Shown here: in pieces, positions 25,585 to 37,300 of the stretch
Position numbering within the stretch: the first letter of the stretch is position 1
Layout of the letters: the number at the start of each line of letters is the position of its first letter
Source: Camelus dromedarius
Lineage: Eukaryota
Reading direction: 5' to 3'
Assembly: GCF_036321535.1 (NCBI RefSeq)
Contig: NC_087446.1
Span: 62,930,001-62,994,000 of the forward strand
DNA: 64,000 bases
Notes under the pieces: model-generated
Told to the model about the DNA's origin: nothing
Databases searched by the model: none
What the model saw: only the letters and a program-made list of their open reading frames with translations
Made by a program: the position numbers and the translations under genes

Positions 25585-26879
25585 CTAGCTGCAGCCACAG
25601 GCCTCTACCACCATATCTGGCACATCTGTCTTGACCACATTGCCATCACGGTCGAGGTAGAGGAGAGAGAGAGGCCTTCGGGCAGTGGGGACACAGCAGG
25701 AAGTACCCAAGGGCCAAGGGTTATTGGCCTTGAGGAGGCTGAAGACGGCAGAATGGAAGGAGGCAGCGATGCCTGGGCTGCCAGCCAGGTGCGGGGGGCA
25801 CTGCCCACTGCAGAAATTCAGCTGGTACCCCTCGGGTTGCAGGATCCAGTCCTGCCATCCCAGGTCCTGGAAGTCTACATAATGGTCTCGCCTGCAACAT
25901 AAGGGGGTCTCAGGCTCACAGGTGGGGGTCCTCCTCCTGGCCCGGCCTGTTCCAGGCTCATTGGGCCGGGTCTTAAGCTCCAGGAAGGGCCGCTGCTCTC
26001 CCGTTGTGTCCAGGAGCCGCCGAGGTTGTCGGGCAGCTGTGCTGTTGCCTTCTAGGGGCCTGCAGTCCAGCCGGAGTTTCAGGACACCAGGCTCCTCAGC
26101 CCTCAAGCCACTAGAGGGCAGAGTCAGGGCGTGCCAGCCTGGGGTTGTCATTTGGTGCTCAGCCAGGAGGACGCGAGATCCTCGGCGTCTCCTTCCAGGG
26201 CCCCATCGGAAAATCCTCAAGGAAAGAGTGCCAGGAAGGGTGGGGAGCGCGTGCAGCCAGAGGCGAGCGTGGTACAGGTGGTGGGACCGAGGAGTGGGCA
26301 GGTGGAAGGTGAGCACGGAGCTGCAGGCGGAGGTGGAGGAGTCTGCCAGACAGATGGACAAGGGCCTGAGGACGGTGAGCGGAGATGACGCTGTCCTCTG
26401 AGACGCCCAGAAGCCCTGCCCGCTGCTCTGCCTAGCACCCACCTTTAGAAGAAACAGGGACTCTGCAACTGGTTCCTGCCCCAATTCCTCTTCCTCTCAC
26501 ACCCGACTCCCTCTGCTTCTGCTGTCATTCTGCCCTTCTGCCTCCCTTTCCCTGCCTGCTCTCTGTCTCTCCCTCACCCACCTGTGATGGTAGCAAAGCT
26601 GATGACCTCCTCCCCATTCTCTGGAGCCACGCTTCCTTGCCGCAGTCTCCGGAGGGCTCTGGTCAGTGCTGCCTGGGGTGGAGGATGAGTTATTCTGGGA
26701 CGACTGGTCAGGTGCAGCCCCTCGAGGATTTGCTGCTTGGCTAGCTCGAGGACCAGAGCTCGTTCTGCTTGGGGCTCCAGTGTGGGACTCCCACAGGAGG
26801 GACACACAGACTCTGCCCCCTGTGCCCACACCAGTGCCCACAGCAGCACCAGCCAGAGCTGGATATCAGGGAGCCCCAT
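25585..26879 (-). CDS. INHBE: Inhibin beta E chain (activin E precursor), 351 aa
   Basis: complement(join(25585..26342,26582..26879)) = 1056 nt, GT-AG, phase 1. Signal peptide [21 protein letters not shown], furin site RARR, mature [20 protein letters not shown]...[14 protein letters not shown]...VEACGCS with the activin cysteine pattern. Confidence 0.97.
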
Positions 26880-27132
26880 GCTCCTGGTGAATGGCCCTGG
26901 ATCAGGCCGAGAGCGTCAGGTGGCAGTTGCTTCTTCTGCTGAGTCTGACTGCGTGGACGCCAACGTGGGCACGGCAGCAGCGGACACCAATGCCACACCT
27001 ACCCTTGGCCAAGGGTACAGTCACCTGTCTTCTGTAGTCTGGGACTCAGGAAGGCAGAGAGCAGATGGTCCGATGGGTGACTGTGTTTAGTGCCGTCTGC
27101 CAGCTTGCCCCTCACAGCTCACGTCTGGTTAC

Positions 27133-27830
27133 TGACTGGGGACTCTCTAGAGCCAGCAGCCTAAGGTTCCCTCACCTAGTGGTCAGCAGCCCGACCTACC
27201 CTCTGAGCCCCAGGATTGGCCAGCGGTGCTGCCCATCAGGTCCCTGCAGGGGGTGGAGGTTCCCCCCTGGAGCTCAGGTTTCACCATCTGGCCCTGGTCA
27301 CGGAGCTTGAGGTAGGGGTAGGGGGTGGGGGGGCTATGTGGACATGCATGATGCAAGAAGGAGGATGATTTCACATGCTCCGTCCCCAAGGTCTGGGGCT
27401 CGGGGGAGGGAACTCCACATGAGCAAGGTGGGAAGGGCAGCTTCCCCCCATACCTCCAGTCTGTCTAGCTTGCCCAGCCACCACTGCTGCAGCAGTTTCC
27501 ATGAGGCAGCTGGGAGTTCCAGTGGTTACTTCTCTGGGCGGGAAGGAGAACTCTGGTCTTTCTATTTCTAGCAATGGGGCTGGAATAGAGGTGAGAGGCT
27601 GGTAGGGGGAGGTGGGGAGTGGGAGGAACGGAGTCCTCCTGCCCAGGCCAAGGTGGCAGTGCCACGAGGCATAGAAGTCACCCCTTGACCTTGCCTGTGC
27701 TGACCGCCCAGAGTCCAGTTGGACTGGAGCACAACGTGGACGAGGGCTGGAGCATGTGTGGGGGGGTGGCATGTCACTGTGATGTCTGGGGAAACCCAGA
27801 GAGGTGGGGGTGACAGTGATGCAATCTTAC
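27133..27830 (-). promoter_or_regulatory. INHBE promoter: CCAAT box (about 27215-27219) and C/EBP-ATF elements at 27349-27357 and 27817-27825
   Basis: 5'UTR sequence from about 27133 resembles the recalled human INHBE mRNA start. TGATGCAAG and TGATGCAAT read directly. Confidence 0.65.
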
Positions 27831-29289
27831 AGCAGGGCAGAGTCCATCAAGGATGGCAGAAGGGCCTGTACCCAGCTGCTGGTTCTCTCTCAGGGGACTC
27901 TAAGAGTTGCCTAGATTTGGGGTACCCTACAAGTGGCACCAGCCTCTGCTAATGGCGGTGGGAAATGGAAGGTTTAAGGACTTTTAGGAACAAAGCATGG
28001 TGAGTACTGCAACCTTAGTCCCAGTCCCAGCCCTCCTCACCACACTCCTCACTGACTTTAAATGAAAGGGCCAGAGGGCCCTCCACGTTGAACTCAATGA
28101 GAGTAGGCTTCATGCCACCCTTCCTCCTAATCCCTAGTTCCTTCAAGAAGCTGGGAGGAGGTGAGTGTGATTTGGAAACGTGCCTCTCCTCCAGTTTATT
28201 AATCTCCCCACTATTTAGCCAGTGGGGCTGTCAAATCTGGCACAGGGGAAGAGAGATGGCGCTTTGGGGGCTGGGCCTCAGTACCGCCAGTGTCCACCAT
28301 GTGGCAGTGCTGTGCCACTGGACTGCGGTGGGCTTAGCGCTGACCAGCTTCCCAGGAAAGGGGCTGCTCTGGGGAGTGGAGAGATTTGGAGCACTTTCCG
28401 ACCTCTCGCTCTGGGGACCCTGCCTCTACAAGGGAAGACGGATAAGCTGGTCCCTCAGCTCTCTCCCCTCGCCACTGCCTGAGAGCAGAGGCTGTCGCCA
28501 GGGCCCACATCGCTGCAACCTTCGGTTTTGGTTTTGGACCTCATCATTTACACGTGGCAACGGAGCATGGTGATGGGTGCCAGGCTCTTCCTAGAAACTC
28601 AGGCATCTGTGGTGGGGAGGGGGACGGTGAGACTTTTAGAACTTCCTCTCCACCCTGCCTGAGTCATGTTCCAGCCCCTCTGCCCCGTGCCTCCCCAGCT
28701 CCCTCTCTGTTGGTCAAGCAGGTGTGTGACAGCCCTCTTCCCCACTAGGGTCTGGACTGTAGGACTGCAAAGCAGAGGTCTCTGCCCACGGTGGTTATCT
28801 CAGAGGGCTTACCTGTTGGTGAGCCTGAGTCAAGGGAAGCAGCAAGAAGAGGCTGCAGGAGTCACTGACCTCACCTCTCCCCCCCCTTCTCTGTCAGGTG
28901 GCCCCACTTCCCAGCTCTTCCTACCCTCTTGCTGCCGTGTCTGGCCTGCCCCTACCTTCCCACTGACACTTGCGTCAGAACCCAGCTATAAATATGTTTT
29001 TAGCATCTTAGTCACTTTCCCCAAGAAGTGCTCCGGGTTATAAATACCCCAGCCATCTGCCTCACAGGCCCGCCCTACCACCAACCTGGTTGGGGGCTGG
29101 GGGTAGCAATCAGCTTGGGGGTGGTTAAGGAAGCAGAAGAAGCCTAAGTGATTATCTTGCCCAAAAGAGAAAAGCCTGACTGAGTTTAGAATTAGGGGCC
29201 AGGGGACTCTGGAAGAAAAGGTTTAGGAGACAGTCCCACTCTTTCCCATTTTTATCAAAGGCAGAGCCAAGACACAAAAGAAGAAAAGG

Positions 29290-29492
29290 AATAATACTGA
29301 TTCCTTTTCAATTTAATTTATTTTAAAATTTGCTACTTTGTTCATCGTGGATTTTTTTGCATTAATTTTGATTTAAAAAAAAATACTGTATTAAGATATT
29401 TAGCTTGATTGATGAATTTTTTTTGGCATCCCCTTAAAATTTTGCCCCCAAAGCAAGTGCTTCACTTCACCTCACCTTAGTCTTGGCCCTGG
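29290..29492. mobile_element. hAT-Tip100-type MITE (MER91/MER45-like) between INHBE and INHBC
   Basis: AT-rich body ending 'ttaaaattttgcccccaaagcaagtgcttcacttcacctcaccttagtcttggccctg', like the recalled Tip100-class terminus; subfamily uncertain. Confidence 0.55.
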
Positions 29493-30148
29493 GGACTGAA
29501 GCTGGGAGGGAGGTTAGATGTGGGAGAGGGGTGGAGTAGGGGGAAGGAGAACCACCAGAAGACTTCCTTAGATGAAGATTTCCTCACGTCAAAGGCGGGA
29601 TAACTTCCATGAGTTTGCTCAGGAAGCCCCACAGCTCAGATCTGCAGTCCCCTGGGTAGGTCCCTTTCAGACTTTCTCCTCTAGGGTTCCTATTCCAGGG
29701 ACCTCAGACCCAGATAGGAGGGGGTTATATGCTGAGCAAACACAGACATCACGTTTCCCAAAGGACACATGGGTTTTGCGCAAACTCGGCCTTGGGCTGC
29801 AGACATTATCGACCGCATGGTTCAGGGCTGTCCAACCAAAGGGAGGAGATAGTGGGGGAGGAGGGCAAAGGTCTAGAGAGCACCTAGTCTTAGGGCAAAT
29901 GCCACCCTCTCCTCACCCTAGGCCTACCTTTTCTCCTCTCTGTCTCACTCAGGTGGCCCTTGGCCAGTTCCACCTTCCAGGCAGGACGCCTGGATGGGGC
30001 CTTGCGGGTCATTGAAGGGAAGGTGGCCAGCTTTGAGCCGTGCCTCTGCCTCCCGCCATGTATGTGCCCACTTGCTGACTGAGCAGTGATCTGTCTCATC
30101 TCTTGGAGCGGGGACAGAGGGAGGAGAGAAGCAGGTAAAACTCAGGCC

Positions 30149-30154
30149 TTTATT
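30149..30154 (-). terminator. Candidate INHBC poly(A) signal AATAAA
   Basis: tttatt on +, about 1.18 kb after the INHBC stop. Confidence 0.55.
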
Positions 30155-31331
30155 AGCTGTAAAACCAGCAAAGATGGTTCTGGGAGGGAGGAGGAGGCCT
30201 AAGAAAGAAGAGGAGGCAGCGTGGAGAAGGAAGAGTCATGATGTACGGGATGGACACAATAGCTCAGCCCTAAGGAGACTGTGAGGAGAGAAAGTGGGCA
30301 GGGCAGGCAGGCAGGCTCCATGTCATCTGGGATGTCAATCAGGGTCCTGGCAGGAGACAAAAGACCCACTCAGCTGTCTGAGTTTGTATCACTAAGAAGA
30401 TTTAATGGAGGACTTCTTTACAGAGGTATGGGCAGGGCTAAGGGAACCAACCAGGGACGTTGAAACACCCAGGGACTAGCAAGAGTGCAAAGCCATTACA
30501 AGCCCATAACATGAAAACACTGATATGAGGACCTAGCAGGGAGTCAGACAGGAACTGTAGGGACATGGCCACAGCCAAAGTCACACAGAACCATGGCACC
30601 TGGGCAGAAGGAGCAGGAATAAGAAACACCCTGACCTGTCTCCTCCTATCCTTTGATCTCCTGCTTCTGTCTCCTCTTAGTCAAACTCGGCAGGAAGCCA
30701 AAGGTCAATGGAACTCAGGTAAGTCAGCCCCAAAGGGCACAGAGCAGGGCAGAGAAAGACAAGAGTGGATGAGGCTGTGCCAAGAGAGCCTTAGCAGTCC
30801 ACTGGGCAAGTAAGAAGGAAAAGGGCTTAAGACACAGAGAGGATGTCATGTTTGGTAAATCTCAGGATGGGGCTCTCTGGAAATCCAGAAAATCAGGGGA
30901 AGGGGCTGGGTCAGGAGAGAGGGACATTGAGTAGAAAGAGCATGGAGGTGTAGTGGATTGCGGGCTGGATTAAAGATGGGTCAGCAGTGTCTTCTGCCTG
31001 GGAACTAGATGGCACTGCTCATGGCTGGAGGTGGATCAGAGTCCCTGGGGTGGTGGTTGAGGACGTGGAGCTTGCTGGATGGACTATGCCCTAGGAGAGA
31101 GGCTGGTGGTTATGAAGGTGGTACAGCGACTCTCCTTAGATGACAATGACTCTTCTTAGATGAAGTTCTTCTCAAGTCATAGTTGGGATAATTTCCATAC
31201 GATGCTCAGGAAGAAGGAGTCCATCTTCTGGACAGAGGCAGTGGTGGGGCCACTCCCTCTTCTCAAGGAAGAGCACCTCTGTCAGGGCAGTTTTGCTCGC
31301 CTTGCCTCGGACTGCCCAGACCACCCATGGC

Positions 31332-34300
31332 CTAACTGCACCCACAGGCCTCTACCACCATGTCAGGTATGTCAGTCTTGACAATGTTGCTGTCCCTGTC
31401 ATAGTAGAGCAGAGACAGGGGGCGCCGGGCCGTGGGCACGCAGCATGAGCCCCCTCCAGCGGTGCCTGCAGCTGAGTTAGCCTTGAAGAGATTGAAAACC
31501 GCTGTGTGAAAAGAGGCAGCAATACCAGGCATGCCTGCCATGTGCAGCGGGCACTGTCCTGTGCAGAAGTTCATTGCGTAGCCCTCAGGCTGGATGATCC
31601 AGTCGTGCCAGCCAATCTCACGGAAGTCCACAAAGAACTCTTGTCGACAGCACATCCTGGACCTCCCCTGGCAGTCGATGCCTCGCCGGCGAAGCCGGTG
31701 CTTGCCCCCAACTCTTACCCGGGCTGTCACAAAAGGCCTATGGGCAGCCCTGCCCAGGATGACTGAGCTCTGGGCTAACTGGCCTTCAGGGACCAGCTCT
31801 AGGATCAGGTGCCCCTGGCTGCAGGCAGCCTGAGCCTCAGACCCCAGGAGGAACTGGTGCCAACCACTGTCATCTACCTGCAGCAGGTGCTGAGTGGCCA
31901 AGGTGAGGTTGGTGTCATGTCGGCCTAGCACAAGGACCCTCACCTTCAAAGTCCAGGTGGTATTGGGAGGGAGCTGCACAAAGAACATGAGGCTGGCCTG
32001 CTGGACCTCCAAGCCACCAGCAGTTCGATTAGAGAAGTGGAAATCAAGACGAGTCTGGTCGATGTTGGAGAGGCCTGTGGACACAAGAAGCCCCTGTCAT
32101 TGTGGTCTTCTGAGTGTTAATTCTACCAACTACCTATCTGTTCTCAGCAAACTTGAACTCCCTTAGTTTCTTCTTGACCACATTGTTGGCATTGTTAACC
32201 ACCCTTTTCTTCTTGAAAATCTTTTCTCCTTTGGCTTTCATGACACAACTCTCTTATGATTCTTCCTTAATTTTCTTTGCTGGCTTTTCTTTCTCTGATC
32301 ATCCCTTCAATGTAAGAGTTCTCCAAGGTCTATTGCTGACCTTCACTTTTACTCTACTCTACAGAGGGGAACTCTGGCCCACACTCACGGTCAGTCGACA
32401 CAGTTTATGCTGGTGATTCCTAAATCTGTATGTCCAGTCCAGGCCATTTTGCATCTTGGGAATCACCAAGCTTCAGGCCTAAACTTCTAATTGCTTAATT
32501 TTGTTACATGCGTGTCCTGTCGGCATATTAGAATCAATTTATCCCAAGGGAAATCATTATTTTTCTCCCTATATACTTCTTTTTTCTTTTTACTCTTCTT
32601 TTTCTACATGCCCCTCCCCCCTTTCGGCTAATTTTTCTTCTCTTTTCTTTCTTTTTTTTTGTTTTTGTGGGGAGGGGGAGGAATTAGGTTTATTTATTTA
32701 TTTAATGGAGGTACCAGGGATAGAACCCAGGACCTCGTGCATGCTAAGCATGCACTCTACCACTGACTATACCCTCCCCAACTCCCTATATACTCCTGTT
32801 TCTGTTCTTAGAATTGGTGGCACCACTATCCTTATTACTTCTAGAAATCCCATGATCACCTCCCTCACTCGCCACATCTAGTCCCTCACCACAATGGTTC
32901 TAATGGCTATTCATTTCTTTCTATACCTATTACTACTGCCCAATTTCCCCCCTACATTTCTCACCTCCTCTATTAAAACACATTAATTGGGTTTCTATTC
33001 CCTCCACTCCACTGAAATTCTCTTGTCAGGATCACTAATACTTCCATGTTGCCAAATCCAATGCTTTAATCTCTTTCTATTCATCTTACTTGGCCTTTAA
33101 GCAGTGTTTGACACAGTTAACCATCCCCTCCTTCTTGAAATATTTGCTTCTCTTAGCTCTCATGATTCTAGCCACTTCATCTTGGTCTCCTCTGCTGACA
33201 GCTTCTCTTCTTCTGCCTGACCTCTAAATGTTGGAGGTCCTGAGCCCCCTTCTCTTCTCTATCTATACTCTCTCCCAAAACGAGACATCAATTCCTCTCG
33301 CTTTCAATTCCATCTATAGACTCATGACTCCCAGGTATAAATCCCTGGCTCTGACCTCTCCCTGAGCCTCAGACTAGTATATCCAGCTGTTGGTCTGATA
33401 TTCCACTTGGATAACCAATGCTATCTCAAAGTTTTCATGTTCAAAGAACTCTAGATTTATCCCCCCCAACCAAAACCTATTCCTTTTCCAATCTTCCCCT
33501 TTCCTGTAAAAGCCTTGCTTGCCCTCACCCCTTACTTTGAAATTATCTGCAGATCTGTCAACTCTACCTCCAGTTCATAATATCATTTCACTTTTCCCCA
33601 CCTCCTCTACCACACATTAGTTCAATCCACAATCATCTTTTTCTCAAATTATGGCAATAGCTTGCCAACTGGTTCACTCTTGACCCCAGAACAATTCTTC
33701 ACATATCAGCCAGAGTGATCTTTTTATGACATAAATCTGATTAGTTTAATCCTTTCAGCTTAAAACCCTTTAAAATCTTCCCATTACTATTTGAATAAAA
33801 TCTAAACTCTTTAACATAAAAAATTTGCATGATTAGGCATTCTTCCATTTCATGACTGTATTCTCTCTATACCAGCCTTTTTCCTGTTCCTTGAACTCAC
33901 CAAACGTGGACCCACCTCATGGCCTTTCCACTTGCTATTCTGCCTGCCTGGAATGTCTTTCCAAGGTCTTTGAATGACTGGCTCCTTTTTGGCCTTCAGC
34001 TCAAATTCTCCTCTCCAGGGGACTAACCAGTCTAAAGCTGCCTTCAACTCTACCTGCGTCTCTTTAATACATCATCCTGCTTAACTGTCTTCATAGCCAA
34101 TATCACTCTCTGTGACCACCTTGGTTTTTTTGCTCATTTGTTTACTATATGCTTTTCCTCCCCTTCGACATCCCCCTGCCCCAGCTGCTAGAATGTAAAC
34201 TCCATTAAGATAAAGATTGTGCCTGTATGGTTCACCATTGTATCCTTATGTATCTACCACATTGTAGGCACTCAATAAACATTTGTTGAATGAATGGCTT

Positions 34301-37300
34301 TTCGTTTCTTTAATTTTTATTTTACACTGACGCCAGAATTATTTTCCAAAAAAGCTAGGCCATAAAATTCATGGTTTCAAAATACTTATTGGTGAATAAA
34401 GTCCAAACTCTTTTAGGAGGCAATTAAATGCCCATTATGATTTGGCCTAGGCTACCCTTATTTGCTTTTTTAAGTAAAGGATGCTTTATTGTGGGAATGC
34501 CACTGATACTCTCATGGGCATAAAAGAACAGATAATAAAGTTCAACTAGGCTTTGCGTGAACTGGAAGGTCTGGAATAAGGTTGCTCTTGACAGCTCTCA
34601 GAGCCAACAAGATGCCTCTCATCTCAGTCTCCCTGTGTAAATCTACTCCATTCTTCTCTTTCTGTGGGTCTACCTCTTCTGCCTCTTTGTCAGCTTTCTC
34701 AGGTCCTGGAATGGTGACCCCAGCTCCTGAGTCTACAGAACCTTTTACTTAGCTCCTCCTAGCTAAGTAAGCTGATTTTCCAGTTCCTAACTCCAAAATC
34801 CAAGAAAACTCTGATTGGTCCAGCTAATTTTTTCTTGTTAGGTCACGAAACACCCTACCATTAGAACCTCTTAAGTCACCCCAGTTATGGCAGGCAGACA
34901 CATGACCGGCCAGGGCTGTGGTAGATTATTATATTGTTGGCCCCTAATGAACAACACCTCCCAATATTCATGGATTGGTACAATCCCTTCTCATATTAAC
35001 TCTGGACATGGCATGTGACTTGATTTGGCCAATGAGACATAGGCAAGCATAGTACAAGCAGAAACTTAATGAGTACTTAGACCTTGAAGCTTCCTCCTCT
35101 TGGAAGCCAGCTACTGTGCTTTAAAGCGGCTTGGGCTAGAGTGCTGAATGATGAGAAGCCATGTGGAGGGAGACTCTTAGATGTTCTAGCCCCCTCTGAG
35201 CCCCTAGCTGAATACAGCTGCGTGAGTGACCTCAGCTACATGACAGGGAGCAAAAGAAGGGTCCAGATAAGCCCAGTCAAACCACACACCCATGAAAAAT
35301 ACTGAATTTTTGTTTGTTTGCTTTAAGCCTCAATGTTTGGGCCGATTTGTTATATTAATGGATAACTGAAAAAAATTAGTATCAGAAGTGAGGTACTCCA
35401 GAGCAAAGACCTAAAATATGTGGCATTGGCCTTGGGACTGGGTGGCAGACAGAGGTTGGAAGGATGGCAGGAGACTGCTGGTGAAGGCAGGAAGAGCAGT
35501 GAGGAAATTGTTATTGGAAGCTGGGGAAAGGGGAACCTGTGTTATGTACTGGCTATCGGCTGTGGCAACTTGGAAGCTAGAAATGGTAACTAACAAAGTT
35601 GTGAATTTAGCTAAAGATATTTCCAGGCAGAATGCTGAAAGTGTCAATTGGCTTATTTTGGCTTCCTATGATAAGGCATTTCAGGAGTGAGATGAACTAA
35701 AAAAGGAACTGTTCAATTTTCAAGCAGAATTTAGAGAAAACATTTCCAATAGGACTTGCTAGATTGAACAATAAAATATTTTTTCATTCCTCAACTCTCT
35801 GTCTGGCAAAAGGTTCTCGAACTAAGAAACCATCTCAGGGCAAAAATCAAATCCAGGGCACTGTCAATAAAACACGGCCTCAGAATGAAGATCCAAACAA
35901 CAAAGGGTCAACTGCAAGAGCCTTTGTTAAGATCTAACATCTTTGTTAAGATCTAAAATTTAAGATGTTGTTCTGTAGACCCTCTCAACTGGACAAAAGG
36001 GCTTCTAAAAATCTTGAGTGTTCTTCCACAACGCCTTGACTTGTAGTCCCAAGAGGGGTCTGTCTTGATACAGTAGCTTGCCTTTTGTCTAACTGAGTAG
36101 ACTATAATTTATTATTTAGAAGCTCACAGAGTGTTAAAGAGAATTTTAATAGTGAAAGCAGCACAACTGAACTAAAAGGGACAGAGACAACTCAAAATGA
36201 AAAGAAGTCTCTGAGGGGCTCTCAACCTCTTCAGGGGAGATTAAGGCTAAGAAAACCACTCAGTCACAAACACAGGTCATTTCCTGTTTAAGAGGAAAGA
36301 TATCTCAGAGGGTGGCATTAAAGGTTAAGAGAGTGGATCCAGAAGCCCAGGAGAGCACTGTGGGTTCTCCTTAAGAGAGGAAAACCCTACCAGGGCGCAC
36401 ATCCAGGCCGCAACCAAAGGGATTCTGAACTTGAGGTAGACGGAGATAGGTACCAGGCTGGATATCAAAATTTTCATGGACCAGTGGCTGCTTTGTGTCT
36501 CCCTCCCCCACCTTCCATTTTGGAAAGGAGCATCTATTGTGGTTACCCTGTCCCTGTCTCCGCATTGTATGTTAGCTGTGGGAGGCAGATAACTTGAATT
36601 TTTAGGTCATAGGCGGTGGTGTGCTGGTAAATATTGAGCAACTGGATTCCAGAGGGGAAAAAAAGCCCTGATTTGTAGTGTTTGCCAATTTCTGTGGTAT
36701 AAATTTTCCCACCATGGCCAATTTTAAACTATCAGCGTGAGGTCACCAGATGCAAGTTGGGAGATGTTCGCCATCAGCGTTCATGAGCCAGCGTGAGCCA
36801 GTTCCGAGACGCCACTGAAGGCCCCTACCCTAGTTTCCTCAAAGCTCCACGCTCTCTCTTGTCAAATCTCCAGCAAGAACAATTCTCTGATCTTTCTTTC
36901 ACATTAGGATGTAGATGACAGCTTAAATTGGAATTAAAACTTCAAACCAAAATATTTAAATGTAAAAGGTAGAATCCAGGCATCAATCATTCTCACCTCC
37001 AAACTTCATTCCAGGTCATGCCTCCTCCAGCCTGAATGCTGTGTTCATTCATCGATTAGCAAATATGTGGAAAGTATATAGACTTTGAAGTCAGAGAGAA
37101 CTGTGTTTGAATTCTGCCTGTTGTAAGCTGTATGACCTTGGCCATGTTGAATGATCTTCTTTGAGTTTCAGTTTCTGCATTCTTAAAATGGGAAATGGGC
37201 TAAGTGTCAGGGACACAAAGGTGAAAAAACATCAAGCAGGATTTTGGTGTTAAAGGGACTCATGGCTCATGGCCATTTGTCCACCTTGTGCTTATCCATT

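Noticed and set aside
25595-25614. 20-nt exact match between INHBE and INHBC (31342-31361), suggesting gene conversion
   Set aside because: It encodes the conserved MVVEACG motif and flanking synonymous sites differ heavily, as expected for an ancient duplication. Relevant only for primer or siRNA cross-reactivity.
35922-35956. Short tandem duplication ctttgttaagatctaa
   Set aside because: Ordinary slippage event inside a dead MaLR internal region.
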